Shown here: in pieces, positions 11,201-26,200 of the stretch
How the letters are laid out: every line of letters starts with the position of its first letter
Position numbering within the stretch: position 1 is the first letter of the stretch
NCBI RefSeq assembly: GCF_964355755.1
Contig: NC_092676.1
Coordinates: 14,340,871-14,404,870, forward strand
Direction: 5' to 3'
DNA length: 64,000 nucleotides
Origin: Antedon mediterranea
Taxonomy: Eukaryota; Animalia; Echinodermata
Position numbers and translations under genes: made by a program
The notes under the pieces: model-generated
Seen by the model: only the letters and a program-made list of their open reading frames with translations
What the model was told of the DNA's origin: nothing
Databases searched by the model: none

Positions 11201-14200
11201 ATTAATTTACCTGTTAATTACGTAAAACTGTTGTTTTTGGCTCAAATTTTCGATATTTTTCGAAATATTCTCAATTACTTTGATATGGCCAATTTAAATT
11301 TATAATATTTTGACCTTTATTTTTTTTGTGTTTCAAAGGACAATACATCTTTAATATAATTTGAAAAATCTCTGCAGTGGGAAAGCCAGTTGACAAATCG
11401 TGTCAAATTTCGACTCGGAGAGGGCACCCCACTTTTTTAATTTGGTTCAAAATTGCTAAATTTTAGGGTGTTACTGTTAGAAAAAAACAATATTTCTGAA
11501 TTGTGCTTGAGGAAAAATATTATTAGTTAAATATTCATAAATGGTTTTAATATCTTGTCAAGTAAAATTAAATGTCTTTGAACAAAACGATAATCTGCCA
11601 ATGTCTTTTTTCCGAAAACTTGTTCTGTACACTTTGTATAAATCTAGAAGACTGGGCAAGAGAAATAGAGTTGAAAATATCACTGCAGAATTCAAGATTC
11701 GACCTACAGTAACTAAAGATTTGTATAAAATAACTATGAAGAATCCATTCAGTTTTGGCTACTCTAGTTGACTTTGTTGACGTCCTCTCTAACCTATGCC
11801 TATGAATTTTTTTAATAAACTTAAAATAATTTTTTTTCCAGTCAGCGAACCAGTAATGTCAGTTTAACACCCAGTGAGAGAAAGTACTCATCAGGCAGAA
11901 CTACAAAATCAGGTAACATTAACAATTTTTAACATACAGTACATTATACAGAACTCACAGTATGTATGATACAGCTATAGAAAATCTATTATCGATCGAT
12001 ATTACATTACATTGTCATTTATTTTGAGATGAGGAAACATGATGTCAATTTCAAAGCGCTTTAATACAATAACCGATTATCTGGTGAATATTATTTGAAG
12101 TAAGGTGTGTTTTTAAAAGTTAACATTTGTCACCAACAATGAGTTATTGTATTGTTTAGTAAGGTTATATTCCATATAGTCGGGCCAAGCTGATCGATAA
12201 ACAGGAGGAACAAAAAGTTTGGAACATCGAGACCAGTATTTCTACAATTGTATTTACTGTCTAGTTCACACATGTAAACAGGCGCAGGGCCATTTACACC
12301 ATTATCTTCTATATATAAATTATTGTTCATAGTTCATTTAATTTGTCCAAAAGGAAATTCATGTTGAAATACAATTGCTCAAAATTAGTTGAAGGTTAGT
12401 AACACAGAAAAAGACAATAATATTTTAAAAATACATCATAGCTACAAAATTACTCATTAATCAGGGAGTTGTAATTAGAGGGAATGGCATCGATTTTATC
12501 AACCGATCTATAGCCAATCAACGACCAGCCTTGTTCTATCACCGTTTTTATGTCTTTTGTTCCGAGGGTACTTTTCCGATAAATATGTGCCCTCTCTTGA
12601 ACAAGTGTTTGCATGCGTAGTGGAAATTATTTGGCTTTGCTGTTCAATTATAAACTTATCTTGAGACAATTTTTCTATCAATTCATTAAAAAAAATCTTT
12701 TAATTTCTAATTTTCCGTTCAAAAGTTATATTTATTTGAAGTTCTCAATTATATGTTTGTTCACACACCCGAATTTTAAAATTTCATGAATTTTTAATAA
12801 GTTTTAAAGCTTATATTTAATAATTTCCGCATGTTTCTCCATTTATATTATACCCAATGCCAGGTGGTTCAACAATTTGTTTTCTTCTTTTATTTTCATA
12901 ATTTTTTTATTTTTTTATAGTTTCTTACAGAAACATAATTTTAATGTAAACACATGTATTTTCAGTTTTGGTAATAAGCTTTAGATTTAGGCTAAGCGTG
13001 TTGGCTTGTTGGGATCTGGATCTTGATGAATACTGACGAAGGACCACATGCTAGCATATAGCTACTAGCTACAGTAAAACATTATGCCATTGTGACCTGA
13101 AGAAAATAAAATGTTGTTCGTGTGCTATCTATTTTCTGTATACACAGTTTACACTATATACTGTATACATACTATATACAGTGTAGCATATAAATTACGA
13201 AACCTGCCTTTTATTCCAATTTTTAACATGATGACATCAGCATATTGAAACACGAACATTAAAATCTGGGATAAATTGAGGTACGAAGCGAGATGCGCTC
13301 TATTAAATATGATGAGCTATGACGAAAAAAGCATTCCTGTATTTTATATTTGGGTGGCCATACGATATACGTCTCAACACCCGAGTGGTAAAAATTTTAC
13401 ATGAATTCACATCAACAACTTGAGGCAAAAAAAAAAATGATTGTGTTGGCCATGCCGGACCGACCCTAAGCTGACAAAATGGTTTTTTTTTAGCCAAATG
13501 GTGATAGCGAAATCAAATGTAAAAAAATGTCTTATATGCCAAATTGGCGAATATATTTCACCTCCTCTGGACTTGTCAAAAAAACACATGCAAATCGATC
13601 ACGTGACAACCTGAATACACGGTTATCAATTATGGGGGATCCAAGTTTTAACTAAATACACGCTTTGATTACACAGTGGTTGAGAAACGTTTTTAATTAA
13701 TGGACTTCAATGTTGATCAGCTATTTTTTTTTAAAGAAAATCGCTTATAATGATAAGTTTGATAACAAAATCCAGGTTGTGGTCAGTATGTATGTACCTT
13801 ACTGTTCTAATCATACTGCTTGTCTAAGGGTCTGTTTCTGCTTAAAAAATAAAAATAATGATTTTTCCTAAGTACCACAAACCACAGGATTGGCTATGTT
13901 ACCGTTAATCAGTTATCTGGTAATTGCTTTTTAAAAATCACGTCATCCATACCCACAGTGCACTTCAAGTTATGGAAGGCCGATGGTGGGATAGTGTGGG
14001 AAATATGTTTATCTCAAAATATCAACTCTCAAAATCTAGACCTCGAACGTTGGAACGAAATCCATTTTCTAGGCCTTTTTTGAGCTACTGCTTACGGCCT
14101 ACACTGTGCGACTCTAACATATAATGAAGTTTCCTGCACAATCTTCTGACAAAGTTTGACCTAGGTCAAAATGTGCTATTTAATGTGTTGCAGCTAAAAA

Positions 14201-17200
14201 CTGCTCTGTAATAATCTGTTAAAACATTCAATCGATTGAGTGTTTTTAATCGGTAATATCATTTTGCGCCTCAGTATTTTTTTAAGTGTTTGTTTTTTTA
14301 TGCATAATTATCATCATTATTATTATCATCATTATTATTATCATCATTATAATTACCATCATTATAATTATCATCATTATTATTATCATCATTATTATCA
14401 TCATTATTATCATCATCATTATAATTATCATCATTATTATTATCATCATTATTATCATCATCATTATTATCATCATTATTATTATTATCATCATTATTAT
14501 CATCATTATTATTATTATCATCATTATTATCATCATTATTATTATCATCATTATTTTCATCATTATTATTATCATCATTATTATTATTCATCATTATTAT
14601 CATCATTATTATTATCATCATTATTATTATCCAGGGCTGCAAATTAAGGGGTATTTGGTCGCATTTGCGACCTAATTTTTCTGTTTGCGACTAAAGAAAC
14701 AGAATAGGTCGCGCATAGCGCGACAAGATCGTCTGCTTGTGCGAGTTGTTTCATATTGAAGTCGGGTGTGTTTTCCCTATTTCAAACACTGTGTAATTTA
14801 ATCTCTCTACTACGGAAGGCTCAGGAGTTTCCACTAGTCACCGCCGTCGCAAAGGAGTCAGGTTCATTGAAGCGTACAAAGCCCCTAAACATTTTACACT
14901 CGTTGTGATTGGAAGTTCGTCCATTTATTGCATGCTGCCTTACCCAATCACACAAAAGGACACCAAACACACAGCCCAGTGTGACGCGCGGACGACACAA
15001 ACCTCGTGGAAAATCACCTCCGTTTTAAAGAAGGAATATAAAATCAATTGTACCGCCGTACACAGAAGTTAGCCAGGGCGGGCGCGGTAGATACAAAGGA
15101 TTGTCGCCGCGCAGTCATCAGCATTTTTTAGGCAGTATAAATGGTTATATCATGATTAATAAATAATGTAATTAATGATATATATAATAATATCTATTCA
15201 TTATATAGATTAAACAGCAGTAGTGTTTATCAGTAGATTTAATACTTTATTCCAGATTCTGATTATCGAAAATTATATATCAGAGAAAATACCGCAACTT
15301 TTCCTATGAAGTAGCTTCGTAGATAAAACGGGCTACGTTGTTGGCTTTGTAGGTTACATTGTTTGGCTTCGTTAGTAACCTCAATAAACAACCTCACGAT
15401 GTTCTTAGTAAGTAACAAGGTGTGAAAATTATTATTTAATGTGTTATTTTTGACTGGCGGAGGAGGACCAATTTGTACATTACTATGAAATATATAATAT
15501 AATAGTTTTTATTCGTAAATATTTCATTCGTGTGTTTTTTTACTCTCAACGGCAAATATAAATTTCCCACAATGTAAACGTAGAGACACGATCACAATGA
15601 ACTATGCCAACTAATAAAAATAATATAGCGAACGTCCAGTCGATCCAGAAACATGCAAACAAAAAGATCGTAAACAATTCATTCTAAATATAGTATCAGA
15701 ACGTTCAATCGGTCGCTCAAAAAGACTGCCGACAGAAGACCGTAATTAATACAAACCTAGTTTTTTGGTCACATGTCATGACATGACGCGATACTCTGTT
15801 TTACCACCGCAAACCTCTCGCATGTTTTTTTTACTCGGTACGAGGGGGTGGCTACAAAACAGTGTACCTGAATTTTGCATCACATGAAACGTAATACAGC
15901 TCTAAACTGTTCCCACGGTTCGCACGTTTTTCCCCAAATTCTGGTCAGGTCTTTTGTCGTAATAATAATTTACAAAGGCCTATGTTAAATCTTAACATGG
16001 AATATATATTTATTTTGCATATATTTTGTTGGTGTCCTAGCCAAGGTGTTGTTGTTTTTATAATTCGCTAAACCAAGGTAGGATTGCCGCCGAAACTCTC
16101 TCTGCGTGAGCTGAGGGCCTCGGGCCCGATTTCGTCTCGTCGGCGGATGTCCTGCCAAATTAGGACAACCGATGTGTAGGGCGGCTACAAAAATTAACGT
16201 CTAGGATTTTAATTAGCCAACAATACATGTTTGTTTCCATTGTTTATGCTCCTAACTACTAAAGGCGATGACATTGGTGTTTACAAATTACTAACCCTAC
16301 GAACCACCGTACGATCGACGCGTAGATATTATCATAAAATCGTAGGCATGGCAACGAACAATACTTTGGAAATTACAGGATATGTTTAGCCATAGAGGAA
16401 ATTTTTTCCTCCATTGTTTAGCGAACAATGACCTACGATCTATTTACGCGTAGGCTACGTAAGGTTACGCGTATATACAAAGCAGTAATTTCTTTCTGTA
16501 CCGTAAAAATAATAGATCTTGCGTGAATATAAGTGGCGCATCAGGACCAGTGCCTAAATGTGCATAACCCAAATTAATTGAATTCTTCAGTGCTGAATTT
16601 TTATGTGCTCAGAAATCGATTGAAACAACCTATAATTACTCAAAAATCCCCCCCCCCCAAAGCGGGGCCATTGGCGGCCCCCTGACCCCCAGCCTAAGGT
16701 TGTACTGTATTTCATTTTTATACACCACACACGCGGATGGGGTTTGAGGGAAGGGGGTTAGTTGTCGATGAAAAGGTGCTACTAAAAAAATTGGTGGTGC
16801 TACCAAAAATTATTATGAGCCATCATACAAATTTGATAGTGCTACCAAGTAAAAAAGTTAATTTGCAGCCCTGTTATCATCATTATTATTATCATCATTA
16901 TCATCATCATCATCATCATCATTATTATCATCATTATTATTATCATTATTATTATCATCATTATCATCATCATTATTATTATTATCATCATTATTATTAT
17001 CATCATTATTATCATCATCATTATTATCATCATCATTATTATTATTATTATCATCATCATTATTATTATTATCATCATTATTATCATCATCATTATTATC
17101 ATCATTATAATTATCATCATTATTATTATCATCATTATTATTATCATCATTATTATTATTACAGTCAACTCTCCCAATACCGGACTCTCCCAAAACCGGA

Positions 17201-20200
17201 ATTCACGAAAAACCGGACTTTTTTGGAGGGCCCAATTTGTCCCTATTCTAAATGTACTGTAATTTATTATGAACACCGGAATACCCAATTCCGGAATCCG
17301 GACAAATTATGAAGTACAAAACACGAAAATTAGCGTCTGAAAACCGGACTGACGGTTAAAAAACTCCAAATATTTACGAAAACAACGCAACATCGTCGTC
17401 GCTGACTCGGATTCACTACATTCACAATGTACAAAAGCTTTTTAACCATACCCTCACCAGGGAGCCTCACCATGCATGAAGTGCGCGACGTTTCGCGGTA
17501 CGATCAAATAATGTTGCCATGGAGCACTACACTGTGATTGACAGGTCAGTTCATTGTTAACCCACCACGAGGCGGCAATTGCTTTGTTGCGTATCGAACT
17601 GCGGTGGGCTTTTTCACATCGAAGCGCTATGTCTCTATTGTATTTAGCAGGGAGTTGTTAACAACTCCCTGTTTTTTAGCATATGAATTGTTTTTTAATA
17701 AAGTTAAATTTACATTCCTGTGTCTTTGTTTTGTTTAAATTATTGTTAAATTCACAATTGCAATAGGACTTTAAATGTTTCACTAAAAACGGGACTAAAA
17801 ATGTGCATCATTATAAATTTGGAAATCATTATGGCAAAACGTAAACGGAATGAACTTGACTTAACTAGTGTTAATAAACTTTGAAATGTTACCAATTAAT
17901 TATTGTGTCATTATTGCTTGGCTCGTTTACCTAATCAATTTTCATCATTGCTATCAAATTACGTCAAAATAAAGGAGCTTAAAAAACATGTGGTCTAGGT
18001 GTGGGCGTTTTTATTTTATTATGACACCTCTGCACATGCGCATCAATCAAAGCCCTTCACCCATGCTGCTGCTGCTAGCTAGCTCACGAAAAACAATAAA
18101 CAGACCGAAATTATGTTCACCGTACGTACGTACGTAGGCCTTTTTGCCGTTAAAAACACATTGAGAAACAATAATTTACTATTGTAACATGTTTTATTGG
18201 TACAGTAAATAATGTAACTTTTAAAAAAGGTAAATTGAATTACTGTAGCTTAATATTAATAAAGTAGGCCTAGGCCTATCAGTATTTATTTAATTAAAAC
18301 TAGATTGACACAATCATAGCCTAGCCTAGGCCTTCCCTACGCTAGGAGACCGTACCGGGCAGCATTCGGTGACAACGTGATGACTTTAAAAATATGTTTT
18401 CAGGAAACCGGACTTTCGAAAAACCGGAAAATATATGCCCGCCCAAGGGTGTCCGGTATTGGGAGAGTTGACTGTATCATTATTATTATTATATAAAATA
18501 ATTTAGCAAATTTCAAATTTTATCTGTTATTTTTAAGTTCACTACATACAATGAAGATGGTCTTCTATTTAATTGGCTTACAGGTATTGGAAGTCGAAAA
18601 GAAAAAGAAAGCCCAGAAGAATGTTTATTATGGAACACCAACATTTTGCCAATAGTTGAACAGCTAGTTCCTAAAAACAAAGGTATGGCTTATCTCTTCA
18701 TGGTATATTGAGGTATATATTATAGAAAAACAAAAACATAAAATGTACAAAACAGCACTGAATACAAAGTACAAACAATATTTTAAAAATACAATCTATT
18801 TTGTAATTTGCGTGGGGTCATAAACTATGACATACTGTATGTCAAAATTTCAAAACTACCATAATGGAATTTTACATACATTTTAATTCAGGAAATGCAT
18901 GCTAGATTTAACTTCTACAATTATAATGATTTTTTATTTTGTATGACAAATATAAAGAATACATTGGTGTTTAAGGTAAAAGAAAAAACAAGCATACCAA
19001 AGTACATAGACATACAATCATTGATATTAAAGTATGGTCATCTGTGTGGATCACAGAGCTTCAAAAGCCTCTGCTAAGAGGGATTCAAATTAAATCATAC
19101 CAACCATTCTGGTGGTGAGTTCCTTGGCTGAGGTTATAAAGATTATATATATATCCTCGGTTTAGCAAAATATAATCAGTATTCAAATAGTAACCAATCG
19201 AAATCTAAAGAAATATCTATTATTATTACGATTGATTCTATAATAATATACAATATAATATGAACAAATAGGCTAGACATATAAGAAATATTATTTTATA
19301 CATTTTTTAAAATAAAACCATATACTGTAATTGGCTACTGTCATTGGACAGTAATCCGACACTCCCCTCTGTCAGTGATGGTATTCTGTTCTGATATTGT
19401 TAATGCTCTCGGCATAATATTTCTTCCAATCAAACGGCAACCATGCGGTTGATTTCGGGGGCAAAATAGCGTATTTTAACAAAATACGGATTTTCTTTAA
19501 TGATTCTTTCCTTTAGTAACATCAATATTTTTTGGAAGTCATGTTCGTCTTCGAATCCAATTAAACTTTGTTTTGCAAAAATTGACTTCATGAATTGTGC
19601 GAGTAATTTTTTTGTGTATTTTTGTACCAATTTTTTAAAAATTTCTTTGTACATTTTCTCCAGACGGCCTAAACAGAGAATTTGAGATGATGACTGGAAT
19701 GTAAGCTAAGAACACAAATCTAAAAATCATAATTAACACAATCATTTTTATTAGGTTGTATGCATTATCATGCATATATATAACCTTATTGATTCTGTAA
19801 GAATCTTTATTTATTTATTCTTTCCTTAGCACTATTTTGTCCGTCAATTATCTTGAGATCAATTTCATCTAGCCAAGTCAACTTTTCAGAGTACAGTATA
19901 TTCCTTATGGCCTGGAATCAATTTGTTTATCTTTCATGGTGTGCAATAAAAATTACACGGTCTACGCACGATTAAACATTAAAGTTTTAATTAATTACAC
20001 CTATTCTTTGAAGAAAAATGAATTTCATAAAACGGTTTGCATCAGTGAGTAAAACGTCGTGGCCATTGATATCAATGCTTTGTATGTTTGAGTTCGAATC
20101 GACAGGTTCGACAGGTGTAATTATTGAGTATGACCGCTTAAAGCTAAAAATCAAAACTACTGTAGACAAGAATGACATTACAAAACTAGCTAAACAAATA

Positions 20201-23200
20201 CGAAACCTCCCACAAAAAATATTAAAAAACCACGAGATAAAAAAAAAATGTAAATAAAAAAAAAAAAAACACAAATAAAACAAATCCAAATAGGTGTCAT
20301 GTTTCCGCTAACGAAAAATAAACCCAAAATATTTGTGTTCGAGTGCATCATCTAATTTCGAATACTTTTTGTGTTGATTTCAGAGCCCGTAAGCATTATT
20401 ATTATTCCAATACTTCACATCTTAATTCGATAACTTACCAATTCATATTTTATCATTAAAATGTTTTAATCTGCTGACTGATTGACAAACGTCAACAATC
20501 ACGTCCCTCTCATGCACGTTGTCACTTTCTTAGGTGCACCCTAGATTAATATTCACAGCACAAAGTCCCATATCCAGTATGACAATTTTTTTTTTTTTTT
20601 GATAATTTTGTCAGGGGCCGAAAAAAGTGCGCATATACTAAATCATGCCATGCGAATTATTATTAATGCAAAAAACCATGTTTGTAAAAAAGTAGCAAGT
20701 AGGTAACAAATGTCCCATACAAAAGAAATTGCAAAATACCAAAACTAGTAAAATAAAAATGTAAATGAATAAACTTAACAATTCATGTTTTTGCAGCAAT
20801 GTGTTTTTCATTAGATTTTTTCCACTTTTTTATTTTATCTCTAATGTATCAAACACCCAAAATAATATAGTTCGGCATTTTATACTTTACAGACTTTAGC
20901 AATAAAAAAGTGACAAAAATTTGGTCTGTTCAGTATAAAAGTAATATTATTTAGACATCATTTTTATTCAAATTATTTAATAAGCACATCATCTTTTACA
21001 GATTCAGTATTTTTTATTTTTCAATTTCAATTGCAAAATTATGACATCAAAATATGAATTCTTGTTGTATTTTACTTCAAATACAAAAGTTATTCACTTC
21101 TGTAACAAAAAAAATTATATTTATTCATGTATAAAAAGAGAAAAGAAACATTTGCTGATAATACAGTATTATACAGTATTACATAGCCTATGTAAATACG
21201 CGAACGTGATTGGTTGAAACTGCATCACATGACTACCGCTGCGAGGATCGTAAATCGTATATATCCTCGAGAACGATGATATTGACTGTGTAATTTTCGC
21301 GTATTTTTCGTGTCCCCTGTCATTACATTAGGCGCAGGAGCCCCGGATAGCGTTACGTTTGAAAACCCCAAAAAGTGAGGTTTTCAACCATTAGCGGCAT
21401 GACTGATGTGAGTGATTAATGTGTTTTACGGACGGTTTCAAGGACTATCCTACCAGTGGGCTGTTCACTGGTCAAATGATTGACACTTTGTATCACCGTT
21501 TGTAACTGGAGCTGTGACGACCTTTGTAACTGGAGCTGTGACGACCTTGCAAGAATACTAGGCCAGAATTTTTAATTGAAAAGTGCCTTGGTATTAACAA
21601 TAACATGGAGATGGAAACAAATTTGTCTATCTTTCTTTCTAAAATAAATGGTCACTATAGTTTCAAACTAGGCTTAGTCCACCACATTAGTAATTACGAA
21701 TCGAAACCTAAATTAAAATTGTTGGTATTCTTTGGCCGTTGTTTGATTAATTACATCTTCATGCCATGTTTTTTTTTCTCTAATGATTTGGCGATACGCT
21801 CCTATATTAATTAGGCCTACTAGCAGAGGGTTCGATGAGTTTTGAAAAGTTATGGAAATGTGGTCTAACATATAGCAATTCAGTTTTTTAAGGCCCTTCT
21901 TACTTGTCCGAGCCTTTGGAAATATTAAAAAGTTATATTAATATAATATATTCTGTGTTTTCATGTTTTGAGAAATTGTATATCATTTAAGATGTTTCGC
22001 GCTGCGCTTTTATTTGTTTCGCGCTTCGTCTTGTTCGAGCTTCCTCCGTACATACCGATAATTAATATGATTTTTCATTTCATTTTTGTACATTATTAAC
22101 AAATAGCATACAGAACCCCATACAGAACATACCCTTCTCTGAGAAAACACTTGTGGGCGATTCCCCGACTACAACATGATGGAATAGCTTTGGAGACTTT
22201 GACTTTGGAGTAGGCCTAAATCGAAACGTCAAGGAACTCAACAGTTCTTTTCAGAACTAATATAGGCCTACGTGGTGTACTGCAAATTTATATCAACAAA
22301 TATGTAACTTAGCACGTTTAAAATGGATAGCAAAACATATTTTTAAAAAAAAACCTGAATTATTTCAAACAGACAGCATATTAGTTCAAATGGATAGCAC
22401 AATAGATAGCTCAATCAAATGGATATAACTATGATATAACTGTACTGTGCATTCTATATGGATTATCGGGTAGCACATTCTTTCAAATGGATAGCACATT
22501 CTTTCAAATGGATAGCACATTCTTTCAAATGGATAGCACATTATTTCAAATGGATATATAGCACATTAGGTAGCACAATCAAATGGATATAGTACTGTAC
22601 ATTATTCTATGATTATCGGGTAGCACATTCTTTCAAATGGATAGCACATTAGGCCTATTTCAAATGGATAGCACATTCTTTCAAATGGATAGCACATTAT
22701 TTCAAATGGATAGCACATTATTTCAAATGGATAGCACATTGGGTAGCACAATCAAATAGATATAGTACTGTACATTATTCTATAAGGATTATCGGGTAGC
22801 ACATTATTTCAAATGGATAGCACATTAGGTAGCACAGTCAAATGGATATAGTACTGTACATTATTCTATACGGATTATCGGGTAGCACATTCTTTCAAAT
22901 GGATAGAAAATTATTTCAATTGGATAGCACATTCTTTCAAATGGATAGCACATTATTTCAAATGGATAGCACATTATTTCAAATGGATAGCACATTAGGT
23001 AGCACAATCAAATGGATGTAATTGTACTGTACATTATTCTATACGGATTATCGGGTAGCACATTCTTTCAAATAGCACATTATTTCAAATGGATAGCACA
23101 TTATTTCAAATGGATAGCACATTGGGTAGCACAATCAAATGGATATAGTACTGTACATTATTCTATAAGGATTATCGGGTAGCACATTATTTCAAATGGA

Positions 23201-26200
23201 TAGCACATTAGGTAGCACAATCAAATGGATATAATTGTACTGTACATTATTCTATAGCCTACGGATTATCGGGTAGCACATTCTTTCAAATGGATAGCAC
23301 ATTAGGTAGCACAGTCAAATGGATATAGTACTGTACATTATTCTATAAGGATTATCGGGTAGCACATTCTTTCAAATGGATAGCACATTAGGTAGCACAA
23401 TCAAATGGATATAGTACTGTACATTATTCTATACGGATTATCGGGTAGCACATTCTTTCAAATGGATAGCACATTCTTTCAAATGGATAGCACATTGGGT
23501 AGCACAATCAAATGGATATAGTACTGTACTGTACATTATTCTATACGGATTATTAAGAGGAGTGTTGCAGCGCCCATGTGGCGGCTCTATATTGCTCTGT
23601 GCATAACTTCGTATCTGTTTGCAGATGGTTTTTTTTCATCAAATAAGTTTTACTGGATGCTGGAATAGCAAATTGAGCACCATATATTCACAAATTTCTT
23701 ATGTGGAAATAATCGTATCTTGGAGTAAATCGCAGTTGTTTTTCTTGTTGTTTCCTGAAGTTCAGCTAGGCCCTGCTTGTGCCTTTATTGTTTTAATTCA
23801 AACTCATCACTGCCCAAGAACAATGGTCTACTAGCATCAGTGGGAAGCTAGCCCTGTACTTTCAATCTGACTGTGCATATTGTTATGTAAATGACCTTGT
23901 ACACCTCATGCTTGAAGATCTGCTGTTGTCATGCTAATTAGCTATAGCTCTGAGTTTCTTCATGGTTTACAGGGCTGTGTAACCAACAACAATAACAGTT
24001 GTGAACTTCTTGAAGAATCTTGCTTAATTATACAATCTTTTAAGTTGAACTCCAGTAGCTGTAGTATCCACCTATTACCAAGGAGGCCAAAAAGAAAAAC
24101 CAGGCGTGGTACAAGAGCTGGGCGTGACAAACACACTAAAAACAATCTATCATTTCCGGACTTATCATCAAACTCTCTCTTATCTAAAAACAATATTAAA
24201 TTTTGCAGTATTAATACAAGATCCGTTCGGAACAAAACAACAGAATTTGTGGATTTCGTTATCGAACATAATCTGGATGTTGTTGCCCTTTCGGAAACGT
24301 GGCTTAAACCAGAAGACACATCAGTTATAGGAAATATTACACCCAACGGATACTCTCTCAAACATGCTCCCCGTGCTGGTACTAAAAGAGGTGGTGGAGT
24401 TGCACTTCTTTACAAGGAAAGCATAGCGGTTAAATGTTATGACACGGGATTATTACCAAAATCATTTGAACTGCTAAATGTGGAAATAGTCAGCAATGCA
24501 TCCTCAGTTTTCCTCGTAGCAGTATATCGTCCTCAAAGCAAATCAACGGGTTGCAGTCTAAATGTTTTCACTGAAGAATTCTCAACTTTGGTTGATCACT
24601 ATGTATTGAAGCCGGCTCCCATACTATTCGTTGGAGACTTTAACATCCATGTGGATATGCCAAATGATGCAGATGCAATTCATTTTCGGAATCTACTTGT
24701 AGCAAGCAGTCTTCAATTCAACAGCATGTGTCTACACCTACACACCGACATGGTCATACATTAGACTTGCTGATCACTCGTTCATCTGATCCTCCTGTTT
24801 TCTCAAACCTTAATGTCATTGATGGTATATCAGATCACTATGCAATCACATGTAATCTCCTTATCAAGAAGCCACCCGTAATCACTAAATCCATCGAAAC
24901 TCGTCATTGGAATGCTATAAATTTTGAGACATTATGTAAAGATATCACACAGTCTGATCTCGGAACTTCGCTCTCAAATCTTGATTTATCAAGTAAAGTA
25001 CGACTATATGTCACCACTTTGAGTGAACTTCTTGACAAACACGCACCACCGAAAAAGAGAACAGTAAAGGTCCAACCAAACACTAGTTTGTATAACAGTG
25101 ACATCTATGCTGAGAAAAGAACAAAGCGTAAGCTTGAAAAGAAATGGAGAATCTCTCATCTGGAAATAGATCGTCAAGCTTACATTGCACAGAAGAGGAA
25201 TGTAAATTCCATGGTAAGAAAGGCAAAGGCCAACTACTACATGGCTTGTGTGAAGAACATGCAGCAGATCAGAAAGGACTTTTTAAAATTGTTAACCAAC
25301 TCCTTCATCATCGCCAGGTATCACCTCTCCCAGATAGTCTTTCTGACTTAGATCTTGCGAACAGGTTCTGTCAGTTTTTCACAGACAAGATCAAGATCAT
25401 CAGAGACGACTTCAAGATTGATGACATGTCATTTAATGAGCCTGTGACAGCTGTTCATCAGCATCTCACAACATTTACACCAGCATCTCAAGATGAGATC
25501 TGCAACATTCTGATGAAATCACCAACAAAATCATGCAGGTTAGATCCAGTTCCTACTTCTATACTGAAGAAGTGTATAGACGCAGTCGTTCCAATAATAA
25601 CGGAAATCATTAACCATTCTCTTAATACCGGCATAGTGCCAGATGAACTGAAAATTGCTCACGTTCTTCCTTTAATAAAAAAGCAAAACTTGGATCATAA
25701 CACGCTGAAAAATTACCGCCCGGTGTCGAATCTTTCTTTTCTTGGAAAGACTCTGGAGCGTGTAGTGACATCACGCATTACTCCATATCTTCAAAAGCAT
25801 AATTTAAATGAGAATTACCAGTCGGCATATCGTGCATGTCATAGCACGGAGAGTTCCCTTTTAAAGGTACAGAATGATTTGTTACAAGGAATGAATGATG
25901 GGAAAATAACGCTATTGGTGTTGTTGGATTTGTCAGCAGCGTTTGATACAGTTGATCACCAAAGACTGATAACCCGTCTGAGAAATCGCATTGGCATAAA
26001 TGGTGTTGCTCTTAACTGGTTCCAGTCATATCTTACAGGAAGACGTCAGCTAGTCTGTATCAATGATGCATTCTCAGATGAAGCTTGCCTGGAATATGGT
26101 GTACCACAGGGGTCAGTAATTGGGCCTGGCCAGTTTTCCATTTATACGCTTCCCCTTGGTGACATTATTCGCAAACACAGTCTACATTTCCATTTCTATG

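Larger units (their letters stand above)
7364..11350. mobile_element. Kolobok-type MITE family B, copy 1, split by a LINE insertion
   Basis: TTAA|AGATGTATTGTCC ... GGACAATACATCT|TTAA; the same termini occur at 62803-63150. Confidence 0.85.

Noticed and set aside
14240-17312. His/Tyr-, Ile/Met- and Asp/Asn-rich ORFs
   Set aside because: These are translations of the ATT/ATC microsatellite in several frames.
22310-23553. CRISPR-like array of short repeats
   Set aside because: The intervening segments are themselves repeated, not unique spacers; there are no cas genes; the context is a eukaryotic intron.
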